64,000 nucleotides of DNA from an uncultured Actinomycetes bacterium. Lineage in GTDB: Bacteria; Actinomycetota; Thermoleophilia; Gaiellales; JAICJC01. A model generated the notes under the pieces. The model was given only the letters and a program-made list of their open reading frames with translations, was not told where the DNA came from and made no database searches. How positions within the stretch are numbered: position 1 is the stretch's first letter; each line of letters opens with the position of its first letter. Shown here one piece after another: positions 38,094 through 47,048 of the stretch. Both the position numbers and the translations under genes were made by a program. The DNA is taken from assembly GCA_963718315.1 (NCBI GenBank), contig CAVQZC010000006.1:262065-326064 (forward strand), read 5' to 3'.

Positions 38094-39254
38094 CTAGACG
38101 AACTCCTCGCTCTGGTGTCGTGCGATGCGACGGTCAACGCGGTCAGGCTCAGCGGCCGGCAGGAACCAGCGTTGTGCGATCGCGGTAGGCACGACCGCTG
38201 ACAGCACGACCACGCTGATCAGGAGCGAGAACTGGGTCTTGTCGATGATGCCCGCCTGCAGGCCGTAGAGCGATGTGATCGTGCCGAACGTCAGCCCGGT
38301 CGACATCAGCAGGGTGGTGAAGATCGCGTGGGGGGCGGTGTAGCGCCGCGCCAGCGGGTACACGCCGACACCCTTGGGCAGCATCTTCGCCGCGACCAGC
38401 ACGGCCAGGGCGCCGAGGTTCGCCCAGACAGCCGGCAACGACACGTTGAGGCCGCCCTTGACGAAGAAGAACGGCGTCAGGAAGGCGAACGCGACCACCC
38501 GCATCCGTTCCTGCTCGAGGCGGTGCTGCTGGTAGTGGCCGCTCATCGCCAGCCCGAGCACGAACGCGGGTAACACCGCCTGGCTGTCTGCCAGACCGGC
38601 CAGGTACATGAGGATGAACAGGGCGGCGAACACCAGCTTGATCTCGGGCTCGATCACACGGTCGCCGTAGCGCGCGAAGAACCAGGGTGAGAGCTTGGGA
38701 AAGCCCCAGATCAAGAGCAGCGAGACGCCGGCGAAGGGGACGATCCACAGGTTGGGAGAGATGAACAGGATCGAGAGCCCGATTACCGTCAGGATGTCGG
38801 TGACGAACGTCGCCGCCATGATCCGCTTGCCGATCAGCGAGCGGTTCAGGCCGCTCTCGACCAGCACGGCGTACACCACCGCCAGGCTCGTGGTGGAGAG
38901 AGCGAGGCCGCCGATCTCGGCCTGATCGCGCGTCCACCCAAGCAGTTGGTAGGCAACCGCCATCGCCACCACCAGTGGAGCGGCGAACGAGACCGCGCCG
39001 ATCGAGACGCTGGCGCGCCACTCCCTGCGGAACTGGGGCACGTCCACCTCGGCGCCCGCAAGGAAGGTCAGCACCACTCCGGCGAACGAGCCGATGAAGG
39101 TGAGCCAGTCCGGCACCGTGACCGTGAACAGGTTGCCTACCGCAACACCACACGCCAGCTCGACCAGCGCCACAGAAACACCGACCTCGACCGAGACCAT
39201 GCTCGCAAACAGGATCGTGACGGCCAGCACCGCCGCCAACGCCAGATCACTCAC
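38094..39254 (-). CDS. Cation:proton antiporter (CPA1/CPA2 type)
   Basis: ORF 38094-39401, about 12 TM, with LTFLAGAEVD and LPAFVLGLAMS motifs. GTG 39254 is the favoured start. Confidence 0.8.
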   Translation of the reverse strand: MSDLALAAVLAVTILFASMVSVEVGVSVALVELACGVAVGNLFTVTVPDWLTFIGSFAGVVLTFLAGAEVDVPQFRREWRASVSIGAVSFAAPLVVAMAVAYQLLGWTRDQAEIGGLALSTTSLAVVYAVLVESGLNRSLIGKRIMAATFVTDILTVIGLSILFISPNLWIVPFAGVSLLLIWGFPKLSPWFFARYGDRVIEPEIKLVFAALFILMYLAGLADSQAVLPAFVLGLAMSGHYQQHRLEQERMRVVAFAFLTPFFFVKGGLNVSLPAVWANLGALAVLVAAKMLPKGVGVYPLARRYTAPHAIFTTLLMSTGLTFGTITSLYGLQAGIIDKTQFSLLISVVVLSAVVPTAIAQRWFLPAAEPDRVDRRIARHQSEEFV

Positions 39255-39549
39255 CGCGCACCTCCAAGGGATGGGTCTACCAAGTGGGTAGAGGCCATCA
39301 GCCCGAGGGCGGTTAGGCGCGAGCCTCATCGCGCGTCGCAACAGTATACGCGGCATCTCGACCACGCCCGCATTGACCTCCACGGCGCCTACTCGCGCCA
39401 CCTATGCGATAGAACCGAGGTGTCCGCGGCCCCCTCGTGCCCCTCGTGCCCCTCGTAGGCACGCTCGCACTCCAAGCGCTCGCCGAAACCGTCCTGTTGG
39501 CGTGGCAGCGGTTCTGATCCAGCCCAGCTGTAGTCCGCAGGGGATGTGC

Positions 39550-40200
39550 TTAGGGGTCTTGTGGATCTGTCAGGCCGTGTGTGTATGCGTAGCGGACGGC
39601 TTGGGCGCGGTCGCGGGCGCCGGTCTTCTGAAAGATGTGGTTGATGTGGGTCTTGACGGTGGCCGCGCTGACGACGATCGCAGTGGCGATCTCGGCGTTG
39701 GAGAAGCCGGCGGCGATCAGTTTGAGCACTTCGCCTTCGCGGGTGGTGAGCTGGTCGGGGAGTGGGCCGGCGCGGTTGGTCGTGGCGAGGGCAGCAGCGA
39801 CGAGGCGATGCTGGATGGTGGGGTCGAGATGTGTGTGGCCCTTAGCGACAGCGCGGATCGCGCGTTCGATTTCCTCGGCGCTGGCATCCTTGGTGAGATA
39901 GCCACGCGCGCCCGCCTGGAGGGCGGGAAAGAGCGAGTCATCGTCGGCGTAGGTGGTGAGGACGAGGACTTGCGTGTCGGGCAGCGTGGAGCGGATCGTT
40001 TGGGTCGCCTCCGTGCCTCCGATCTCCGGCATGCGGAGGTCCATGAGGACGACATCGGGGCGTAGCTCGCGGGCGAGCTGGAGCGCCTCGACGCCGTTTG
40101 CGGCTGTGCCAACCACTTCGATGTCGTCCGTCAGCCCGACGAGCATCGCCAGGCCCTCGCGCACGGCGCGCTGGTCGTCGGCGATGACGACACGGATCAC
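39550..40200 (-). CDS. NarL/FixJ (LuxR-type HTH) response regulator
   Basis: VVIADDQ, DVVLMDLRMP, LTTREGEVLKLIAAGFSNAEIA. The GTG start overlaps the kinase stop (GTGA). Confidence 0.85.
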   Translation of the reverse strand: MIRVVIADDQRAVREGLAMLVGLTDDIEVVGTAANGVEALQLARELRPDVVLMDLRMPEIGGTEATQTIRSTLPDTQVLVLTTYADDDSLFPALQAGARGYLTKDASAEEIERAIRAVAKGHTHLDPTIQHRLVAAALATTNRAGPLPDQLTTREGEVLKLIAAGFSNAEIATAIVVSAATVKTHINHIFQKTGARDRAQAVRYAYTHGLTDPQDP

Positions 40201-41396
40201 GCGGGCACCTCCAGCCGAACGCGCCACCCGTTTTCGGTGGGGCCGGCTTGCATTTTGCCGCCTGCGTGCTCGAGCCGTTCGCGCATCCCGGTGAGTCCGT
40301 TCCCACCGCCGACTCCGGCGAGCCCGCCGGCATCAATCGGCTGCACGAGCCGATCCTCGACCGTGAGCGAGGTGTGGTCGCCGCTGTAGCGCAGCACGAC
40401 CGTCGTCGTCGCGCCGGGGGCGTAGCGGGCGATGTTGGTGAGTGCCTCTTGGGCGCCGCGGTAGAGCGCGAGACTCGCCTCTGCCGGCAGGGGGCGGGTT
40501 ATGCCTTCGATGGTCAACGTGACGTCGCTGTTGGTGTCGTTTCGGAAGGTTGCCACCAGCGATTCGAGTTGTGTCAGGCTAGGGAGCTCCTCGCCGCGGA
40601 GCGCGACGACCGCCTGCCGGGCGTTGGTCAAACCGTCACGTACGAGCTCGCCCGCCCGCGCGATCGCAGCGTGGACTCGTGGGCTCGCGTGGTCGCGCTC
40701 GGCGAGCTTTCGCGCGCCCTCTAGCTGGATCGCCGCACCGGAGAGAGAGTGGGCGAGCACGTCGTGCAGCTCGCTTGCAATCCGGCCTCGCTCCATGACC
40801 GCCGCCGCGCGCAGCTGCTCCTCGCGTGCATCCTCGAGCTGGGCTAGCAACAACTCGGTGGTGTCCTGGCTGGCACGCGCCTGCTTGATGAAGTAGGCGG
40901 TCAACCCCAGCAGCGCGCACAAGAGCGCGCCCGCAAGAACCGCTGCCGCCGAACCGCCTGAGAGCGCCTGGGCGAGCACCAGCCCCGCCCCCACGGCGAC
41001 TGCCAGCGCGACCCCCAACCGCACCGGCAGGCGGGTGACGGCCATCCAAGTCGCGGCGCCTCCGGCCAGCTCAGTCGCCCCGCGCGGCTGCAACGCAACC
41101 AGCGCCACCCCGGCAGCGCCCATGACCGCGATCACGACAGTCTGGACGACACCGGGGCGCCCGAGGAAGCTGTTTCGGACGGCCACTGCCAGCGACGTCG
41201 CGAACACGACGAGCGCGATCGCGACACCGAGTGCCTCCCCCTGCAGCCCGGGGGCTGGATCCCCGGTGACCGCGCCGATCACGACCGCGGCGATCACCAG
41301 TAGTCCCAGCGGGCGCAGCGTGTCACGCTGGCGGCGAAGCCGCTGACTGGCGCGGGCTCGCGCCTCCGCCTCGCGCGGACTGTCGGCGGTATCCAC
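40197..41396 (-). CDS. Sensor histidine kinase (HisKA_3 / NarX-DesK type)
   Basis: ORF 40197-41558 with 4-5 N-terminal TM, H-box ELHDVLAHSLSG and a GxGLxGMRER ATPase lid. Start is uncertain (41396 chosen). Confidence 0.8.
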   Translation of the reverse strand: MDTADSPREAEARARASQRLRRQRDTLRPLGLLVIAAVVIGAVTGDPAPGLQGEALGVAIALVVFATSLAVAVRNSFLGRPGVVQTVVIAVMGAAGVALVALQPRGATELAGGAATWMAVTRLPVRLGVALAVAVGAGLVLAQALSGGSAAAVLAGALLCALLGLTAYFIKQARASQDTTELLLAQLEDAREEQLRAAAVMERGRIASELHDVLAHSLSGAAIQLEGARKLAERDHASPRVHAAIARAGELVRDGLTNARQAVVALRGEELPSLTQLESLVATFRNDTNSDVTLTIEGITRPLPAEASLALYRGAQEALTNIARYAPGATTTVVLRYSGDHTSLTVEDRLVQPIDAGGLAGVGGGNGLTGMRERLEHAGGKMQAGPTENGWRVRLEVPA

Positions 41397-41464
41397 GCCT
41401 AGACGATAGAACGCCGTCCGGCCCGCCGAAACGGGCCGGACGCAATCTCGCGAGGGATGTGCAG

Positions 41465-41956
41465 TCACGCTGCGACGAGGCGGCGCCCGCGAACCTGAAC
41501 GACCGCGATCCGGGCTCCGACCTCGATCAACGCCATCGAGACCAGCGCGATCGGCCACGCGGTCGTACCGATCTGATGGGCGATGCTAAAGCTGCGGACA
41601 GAAGCCTCGAGACCGTGCCCGATCGCGAATGCGAACGCCATCCGAGCGCCGATTCCAAGCACGAGCAACATGCCTGCGACCCAGCCGACGCGAGCGAGGG
41701 CGACACCGCCTCGACCGGCGCGCAGATGGGTGGCGAGGCCGCCCAAGACGCCCAGAGTCAGGCCGATCGCCCCAAGCAGGACGATCAGCACGAGGTCGTT
41801 CCCCGCGGTTGGAAGAGTGTGCAGGTACTGCAGGCCGACGAAGAACATGAGTGCGAGCGGAACGATCACGCTCCGGCGGTCGAGCTCCCGCTCCCTGGAC
41901 TGGCGGAGCACCAAGAGCACGAATGCCGCGTTGAGGAGATACTCAGGAGTAGTCAT
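41465..41956 (-). CDS. Polytopic membrane protein of unknown function, upstream of the two-component pair
   Basis: 163 aa, 4-5 TM. Confidence 0.5.
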   Translation of the reverse strand: MTTPEYLLNAAFVLLVLRQSRERELDRRSVIVPLALMFFVGLQYLHTLPTAGNDLVLIVLLGAIGLTLGVLGGLATHLRAGRGGVALARVGWVAGMLLVLGIGARMAFAFAIGHGLEASVRSFSIAHQIGTTAWPIALVSMALIEVGARIAVVQVRGRRLVAA

Positions 41957-42226
41957 GCCGTCATCATGCTGCGCAGACTGCTGGCCGTCATCAGCGCACG
42001 GGTTGAAACCAGGGTTGATCTTCCCTCAACCCATATGCTGAGCCGAGTGGACGCCGGGCTGAGGCGGGTGGCGCGGGCCTCGCCGGAACCGGTAGTGGGT
42101 CGAGTCGGAGTTCTTTCACCGTCGGCGCTCATCCCCAGAGCGGGTCGCTTGGGGCCGAGGCTGGACGCCGAAGCGAAGCTCGTCAGAGGGATTTCAGCCC
42201 GCGGTGCCGCGCCCTGTTCGCGCGCT

Positions 42227-42500
42227 CGTGGTAACACGGTGGTACCAATCTCACCCGATCTGAGCTGATCTCAGCTGACCTGAAATGGCTTGCTCAAGCC
42301 GTTCCTGACCCAGGCTGACCCCGTGCTCAATCTTGAGGGCCTTGTGACCCGTATGGGTCGTGGAGGTTCAAGTCCTCTCCAGCGCACTCCCCGGAAGCCG
42401 CATGGTTGAGCGGCTTTCGACGGTTCTGCGGGCGAGATGTTGGCTTGCAAACAGTTGTGTTTACTAGCCCGTGGTAACAGTTGCGATAACAAAGTGCGAG
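42227..42500 (+). repeat. Internal junction 2/3: right arm 42227-42332, core 42333-42432, left arm 42433-42500
   Basis: The core matches 6910-7010 except near its 3' end. The arm octamer doublets are conserved. Confidence 0.75.
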
Positions 42501-42766
42501 CGCGGGCGCTACCGGCGGAGTTATCCTCCGCGGAGACCGTGTTGGTGGAGCACTGGGGCACACCCGACGCGGTCTTCCACGCAGTCGCCGCGGGGGAGAG
42601 CAGCGCTCCACGAACCACAACATCGGGAGACCTGTCGCGGCGACTGCACCGGAGATGCGCCGCGGCCTGGCGGAGACTCGCGCTAGTCGCTGCCCGGACT
42701 GCTTCCCGGCGAGCCGTAGAACCGGCGGGCCAGGGAGCCAGCGTTATCCTCCGTCCCCGCAGGGAG

Positions 42767-43114
42767 TTAGGGGGCCACGACGTCCATGCGCGTGATCGTC
42801 TCGCCATTGAACGTGTAGACGTGGTGAACGACGCGCTGATCGAGCAACTTGCCATCGAGGTCTCGAACGATTTGATCGACCTCGACGTCCACCTTTCCGT
42901 CGGGGAGCACCGTCGTTGCGCGCGGCGTGACCGTCGGGGATATCTCTGTCCATTGTCGGTGCCAGTAGCTTCGGACTTCGTCCTTGCCTTGCACGAATCC
43001 GCCCTCGAAAGCCTTCGGCCACTCGACATGGGGATCCATGAACGCGAGCACGGCATCGGCGTCACGCGCGTTGAACGCGCCATACATCTGATCGAAGCGC
43101 TCGTCATGGTCCAT
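42767..43114 (-). CDS. NTF2/SnoaL-like fold protein
   Basis: 115 aa. MYGAFNARDADAVLAFMDPHVEW pattern. Confidence 0.7.
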   Translation of the reverse strand: MDHDERFDQMYGAFNARDADAVLAFMDPHVEWPKAFEGGFVQGKDEVRSYWHRQWTEISPTVTPRATTVLPDGKVDVEVDQIVRDLDGKLLDQRVVHHVYTFNGETITRMDVVAP

Positions 43115-43370
43115 ACGCCCGATACTACCCGCTACCCGACTGGTCCCCCAGCCGAGCTGCGGCGGCTCGGAGTGCCGCGGGATCTTGAGCGGCCAGAGCC
43201 CGTGTCCACACGCCCTGGCCGCCCAAAGCAGGCACTACTCGACCTTGTAACTCGCGATCGATCTGCAGCACCTAGTTGGTACCGAACTAGCCATCACGCT
43301 ACGCAGTCGGCGGGCGGCGCGCATCGGGGTCATCCCCTAACACGCTTTGGGAGTTCCCCGCAGGCGCTCA

Positions 43371-43435
43371 GCTTTCGTGACCTGACCCGAGTGCCCGCGC
43401 TCCACAACACGCGGTCCAGTGGTCACCGCCTCAGC
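43371..43435 (+). promoter_or_regulatory. Conserved ~65-nt element with nested inverted repeats, copy 2
   Basis: Aligns with 17205-17267. Lies 46 nt upstream of micro-ORF copy C. Confidence 0.4.
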
Positions 43436-43480
43436 CCACGCGATCGAGACGGGCAAGACGACTACAGCCGGAGGTGCACG

Positions 43481-43528
43481 ATGATGGGATCCCGCAGGGC
43501 CGTGGCTTTCTCGCCCCGGTTCGGCTGA
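43481..43528 (+). CDS. Diverged micro-ORF copy C (MMGSRRAVAFSPRFG)
   Basis: Same SD-ATGATGGGATCCCGCAG start as copies A and B, but the peptide diverges after residue 6. Possibly decayed. Confidence 0.2.
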   Translation: MMGSRRAVAFSPRFG

Positions 43529-43726
43529 CCTGGTGGCCCGCTCGAGCGGCGTACCTGTCCTCGCCGGAGGGTGCTGGCCGTCGCCGGTTCGGGCTGGCGC
43601 GTGTTCGCCCCTCAGTTGGTGATTCTCCGCAGCCGGAATCGGTCGGTTCCCCGATGCGGCCGGCACCCGCTCCCGCGAGCATGAGTACCAGAGCAAGAGA
43701 TGACACTCCAAGGCTTGGAGAGGCAA

Positions 43727-44569
43727 ATGAAGACGCTTGGGATAATCGTGATGGTGCTGGTGCTGGTGACGGCCGTGCCGGCCGCAGCGATTGGCATTGA
43801 CTACAGCGCCGCGGACAACAGTGGCGCAAGCGCATCTGTCGCAGATTCCACCGGGTCTGGCGCTCCGGCGCCGGTGAGTGCGGCGTTGGTGATTCGGCAT
43901 CAGACGGCCCACTGCCACGCCTGGTCGTTCAACGGCGGCGCCTTTGCCGCTGACCAGTCCGCTCAGCTTGCCGTTGGTGATTCGATCAAGGTCACCAATA
44001 ATGACGTGATGGGCCACCAGCTGGTCGAGCTGTCGGGTCCGGCCGCGACCATCACCACCGCCCAGATGAACAAGCCGGGCGCCGGCGCCACCGTCATGTT
44101 CACCCGGCCCGGCACCTATGTGCTTGGCACCAAGCCCGGCGAGGACTACACCAAGGGCATCGTCACCACCGGCGCCGACAACGTGCTGCGGATGACGGTA
44201 GTAGTGGCGGCTCCTGGTGCCCCGGCGCCGGTGAGTGCGGCGTTGGTGATTCGGCATCAGACGGCCCACTGCCACGCCTGGTCGTTCAACGGCGGCGCCT
44301 TTGCCGCTGACCAGTCCGCTCAGCTTGCCGTTGGTGATTCGATCAAGGTCACCAATAATGACGTGATGGGCCACCAGCTGGTCGAGCTGTCGGGTCCGGC
44401 CGCGACCATCACCACCGCCCAGATGAACAAGCCGGGCGCCGGCGCCACCGTCATGTTCACCCGGCCCGGCACCTATGTGCTTGGCACCAAGCCCGGCGAG
44501 GACTACACCAAGGGCATCGTCACCACCGGCGCCGACAACGTGCTCAAGCTGCGGGTCGTCGTCTCCTAG
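43727..44569 (+). CDS. Secreted protein with two identical cupredoxin-like domains lacking the Cys-His-Met copper ligands
   Basis: Signal peptide MKTLGIIVMVLVLVTAVPAAA. Each domain has VTNNDVMGHQLVEL and RPGTYVLGTKPGEDYTKGIV where blue-copper proteins have C..H..M. Also an HQTAHCHAW motif. Confidence 0.7.
   Translation: MKTLGIIVMVLVLVTAVPAAAIGIDYSAADNSGASASVADSTGSGAPAPVSAALVIRHQTAHCHAWSFNGGAFAADQSAQLAVGDSIKVTNNDVMGHQLVELSGPAATITTAQMNKPGAGATVMFTRPGTYVLGTKPGEDYTKGIVTTGADNVLRMTVVVAAPGAPAPVSAALVIRHQTAHCHAWSFNGGAFAADQSAQLAVGDSIKVTNNDVMGHQLVELSGPAATITTAQMNKPGAGATVMFTRPGTYVLGTKPGEDYTKGIVTTGADNVLKLRVVVS
43865..44544 (+). repeat. Perfect tandem direct repeat: 323 identical nt (43865-44187 = 44222-44544), period 357 nt, in frame
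   Basis: Compared base by base in the given sequence. Confidence 0.95.
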
Positions 44570-44717
44570 AGGTCACAGCGCCCCGGGCTCCCCGTCGACG
44601 AGGTCACTGTCGCCTGGGAGCCCGATGGCGAACTGTTGCAACCTGTAAGTGCCGACGTTGACGATCTCAGCGCCCGGTGTCGGCTTCGGTATCCAAGCGT
44701 TTGCCTCGTGCTCAACC

Positions 44718-44816
44718 TTGAGGGCCGTGTGACCCGTATGGGTCGTGGAGGTTCAAGCCCTCTCCAGCGCACTCCCCGGAAGCCGCATGGTTGAGCGGCT
44801 TTCGGCGTTTCGGGGC
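44718..44816 (+). repeat. att-like copy 4 (distal; partial tRNA-Leu + terminator) with two substitutions in the tRNA part
   Basis: GGGCCGTGTGACCC versus GGGCCTTGTGACCC, and CAAGCCCTCTCC versus CAAGTCCTCTCC. The downstream sequence is unrelated to the island arms. Confidence 0.75.
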
Positions 44817-44885
44817 TCGCCGGCCAGCTTCGCCAGCCGCTCCTGCAGCTTCTCGTGGTCGGAGTTGGAAGCAGGGGCAGCGTCG

Positions 44886-46247
44886 ATGCGTCAGACTCTG
44901 AGCGTGACCCCAGAGACGCGATATGCAACGACAACCGACGGCGTGCGGATCGCCTTCCAGGTGTTTGGCGAGGGCGGGCATACGCTCGTGCTGTGTCTGG
45001 GAATGATTTCCTGCGTCGACTATCAGTGGGAGGTGCCCGAGGTGCGGGACGCGCTGGAGCGGATGGCGCGGTTCGCCCGGGTGGTTGTGTTCGATCGCCG
45101 CGGCGCCGGGTCGTCGGACAGGTTCTCGGGTGGTGATGTCCCGCCGCTCGAGCTGGGGGTGGAGGATGTGGGCGCGGTGCTGGCCGAAACCGGCGATCGG
45201 GAGGTTTGCCTGTGGGGGCACTACGACGGGGCCTTGGTGGCGGCGCTGTACGCGGCCACGCACCCGGAGCGGGTGCGCGCGCTGGTGCTGCACTGTCCCG
45301 AGCCGTACGCACGGCAGTCACCCGACTGGCCTTGGGGGTGGAACGAGGAGGAGTGGGCCGCGAATGTGGGAGCGATCGCCGCCGGCTGGGGCACAGTCGA
45401 GCACACCCGGGCGACGCTCCAGTGGGTGGCCCCGTCGCTGACGCCAACGACAGCGCGACTCGAGCGCATGGCCCGCTATTTCCGGCTTGCTGGGAGTCCG
45501 CCGGCGATGGCCGCCCTGCAGCGGGTGCTGCGTGACACAGATATCCGCGCGGTGCTGCCGTCGATCCAGGCGCCGACGCTGATCACACACCGCGGGTCTC
45601 CGGAGGTGTATGCCGTCGAGGTGTCTCGCTACGTCGCCGAGCAGATCCCATACGCACGGCTGGTCGAGCTGGATGGACCCGACTTCGCCCTCTGGGCCGA
45701 CCCAGCGCCCATCTGTGCCGAGATCGAGGAGTTCCTGCTGGGCACACGGACCAGCGCATCGTCCGACAGGGTTCTGTCGACCCTGCTGTTCACCGACATC
45801 GTCGACTCCACGACACAGCTCGGACGTGCCGGCGACAGCGCCTGGGCCTCCCTCCTGAGCGAACAGCAGGAACACGCGCAGCGGCTTATCTCCGAGCACC
45901 GCGGTGTGTACTCCGGCGACACGGGGGACGGACTCCTCGCCCGCTTTGACGGACCGGCGCGCGCCGTCCGGTGCGGACTCGCCCTGCAGCGGCACGCGGC
46001 GGAGCTCGGTCTGGGACTGCGAGCAGGCTGTCACACCGGAGAGGTCGAGGTCACCGGCGACGCACTCCGCGGGATCGCGGTGCACACAGCGGCCCGGATC
46101 TGCGCCAGCGCGGCGGCCGGCGAGCTGAGGACATCGGTGATCGTCCGCGATCTGACCGCCGGGAGCGGCCTCGTCTACCGCTCCGCCGGAGAGTGCGAAC
46201 TCAAGGGCGTGCCCGGCACCTGGCCTCTTTACGCGGTCGCACCGTGA
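44886..46247 (+). CDS. Alpha/beta-hydrolase domain fused to a class III adenylate/guanylate cyclase domain
   Basis: ORF 44745-46247. VVFDRRGAGSSD, then LLFTDIVDSTTQLG ... GDGLLARFDGPARAVRC ... GCHTGEVE. The first 47 codons of the track ORF read through the tRNA fragment, so ATG 44886 is preferred. Confidence 0.8.
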   Translation: MRQTLSVTPETRYATTTDGVRIAFQVFGEGGHTLVLCLGMISCVDYQWEVPEVRDALERMARFARVVVFDRRGAGSSDRFSGGDVPPLELGVEDVGAVLAETGDREVCLWGHYDGALVAALYAATHPERVRALVLHCPEPYARQSPDWPWGWNEEEWAANVGAIAAGWGTVEHTRATLQWVAPSLTPTTARLERMARYFRLAGSPPAMAALQRVLRDTDIRAVLPSIQAPTLITHRGSPEVYAVEVSRYVAEQIPYARLVELDGPDFALWADPAPICAEIEEFLLGTRTSASSDRVLSTLLFTDIVDSTTQLGRAGDSAWASLLSEQQEHAQRLISEHRGVYSGDTGDGLLARFDGPARAVRCGLALQRHAAELGLGLRAGCHTGEVEVTGDALRGIAVHTAARICASAAAGELRTSVIVRDLTAGSGLVYRSAGECELKGVPGTWPLYAVAP

Positions 46248-46611
46248 CGGACGCTAGGGCTGTTAGGGAGACGACTAGGGTTCGCCGGTCGAAGCGCCTA
46301 GTGTGACCGGTACACGGCCTCGTCCAGGGTTAGCTCTTCACGGCATTGTCCGGCTCACCAGGGCTCGCTGCGAGGCCGGGAACGAGGCGGCTGACGATCG
46401 CGGCCACCACGGTGACCAGGTAGATCTGCCCCAGCCGGGGCGTGTGTGCTCCCCCATTTCTGGTGATCGGTCGCGCGGCGAGCAGTGGGGGGCTCGTTGG
46501 TTTAGTAGATCTCCGCAGCGACGGTCCGGGGTTCCACGGATGTTCGGCGAGCGCAGTTCCGCGATCCTTGGGAGTGTCGGGATAGACGATCCCAATCGTG
46601 AGGAGAGCCAG

Positions 46612-46755
46612 ATGCCGCCGCTGCCACCGTTCCCGCCACTGCCGCCGACTAGGCCTGGTCGCGGTCGTTTGCTGCCCGTCGCGTTCGGGTTCGTTCTCGG
46701 CTGGCTGGTGCACAGCCGTCGCAATCAGTCGGACTCGACCGATACTCGCCGATAG
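46612..46755 (+). CDS. 47-aa Pro-rich single-TM peptide
   Basis: GAGGAGAG SD before the ATG. MPPLPPFPPLPP... LLPVAFGFVLGWLV. Confidence 0.3.
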   Translation: MPPLPPFPPLPPTRPGRGRLLPVAFGFVLGWLVHSRRNQSDSTDTRR

Positions 46756-46763
46756 TCGCGCCA

Positions 46764-47048
46764 ATGTCCTGGCGGCTCCACGTTGACCATCCGGAGCGCG
46801 GCGTGTCGTCGCGGTCGTTCGCGGTGCCGGCAGAGGTGTGGCATCGGTTGGAGTTGCTGGTAGTCGAGTTGGAATCCCAGGGTTGGGTCGCCGCCGAGTT
46901 GGAGACGATCCGCTACGGAGAACGGTGGGTGCAGCGCCTCGCGCGCGATTCGCGGGAAATGCTGCTCCACATCGAGCAGGCCGACGCTGACGGACCGCTG
47001 CCTTCGAGTCGGCCAGAGCGTCGGCCGAGTTGGTGGCAGACGACATGA
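46764..47048 (+). CDS. Hypothetical 94-aa protein
   Basis: ORF between the peptide gene and the CPBP protease, same strand, with its end overlapping the protease start. Confidence 0.35.
   Translation: MSWRLHVDHPERGVSSRSFAVPAEVWHRLELLVVELESQGWVAAELETIRYGERWVQRLARDSREMLLHIEQADADGPLPSSRPERRPSWWQTT

Larger units (their letters stand above)
27366..42332. mobile_element. Island 2: integrase-less island with sulfur-handling, antiporter and two-component modules
   Basis: Bounded by att-like copies 2 and 3. Both of its arms are homologous to the island 1 arms. Confidence 0.55.
42433..44717. mobile_element. Island 3: short integrase-less island (two genes)
   Basis: Bounded by att-like copies 3 and 4. 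Its left arm is related to the other left arms, but its right arm is poorly conserved. Confidence 0.45.

Noticed and set aside
37889-38137. Minus-strand ORF whose last 28 aa form a TM helix (MTFCSTVLGLLVLGAAALAARHLGHDSN).
   Set aside because: It has no SD, no paralog and no motif, and it is too short to support.
43865-44544. Possible CRISPR or other non-coding repeat array.
   Set aside because: There are only two units of 357 bp, fully inside and in frame with a secreted-protein gene, with no short repeat-spacer periodicity. No CRISPR-like array was seen anywhere in the window.
44745-44885. Track start of the hydrolase-cyclase ORF at 44745.
   Set aside because: The first 47 codons are read-through of the partial tRNA-Leu/terminator repeat. 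ATG 44886 begins the alpha/beta-hydrolase homology.
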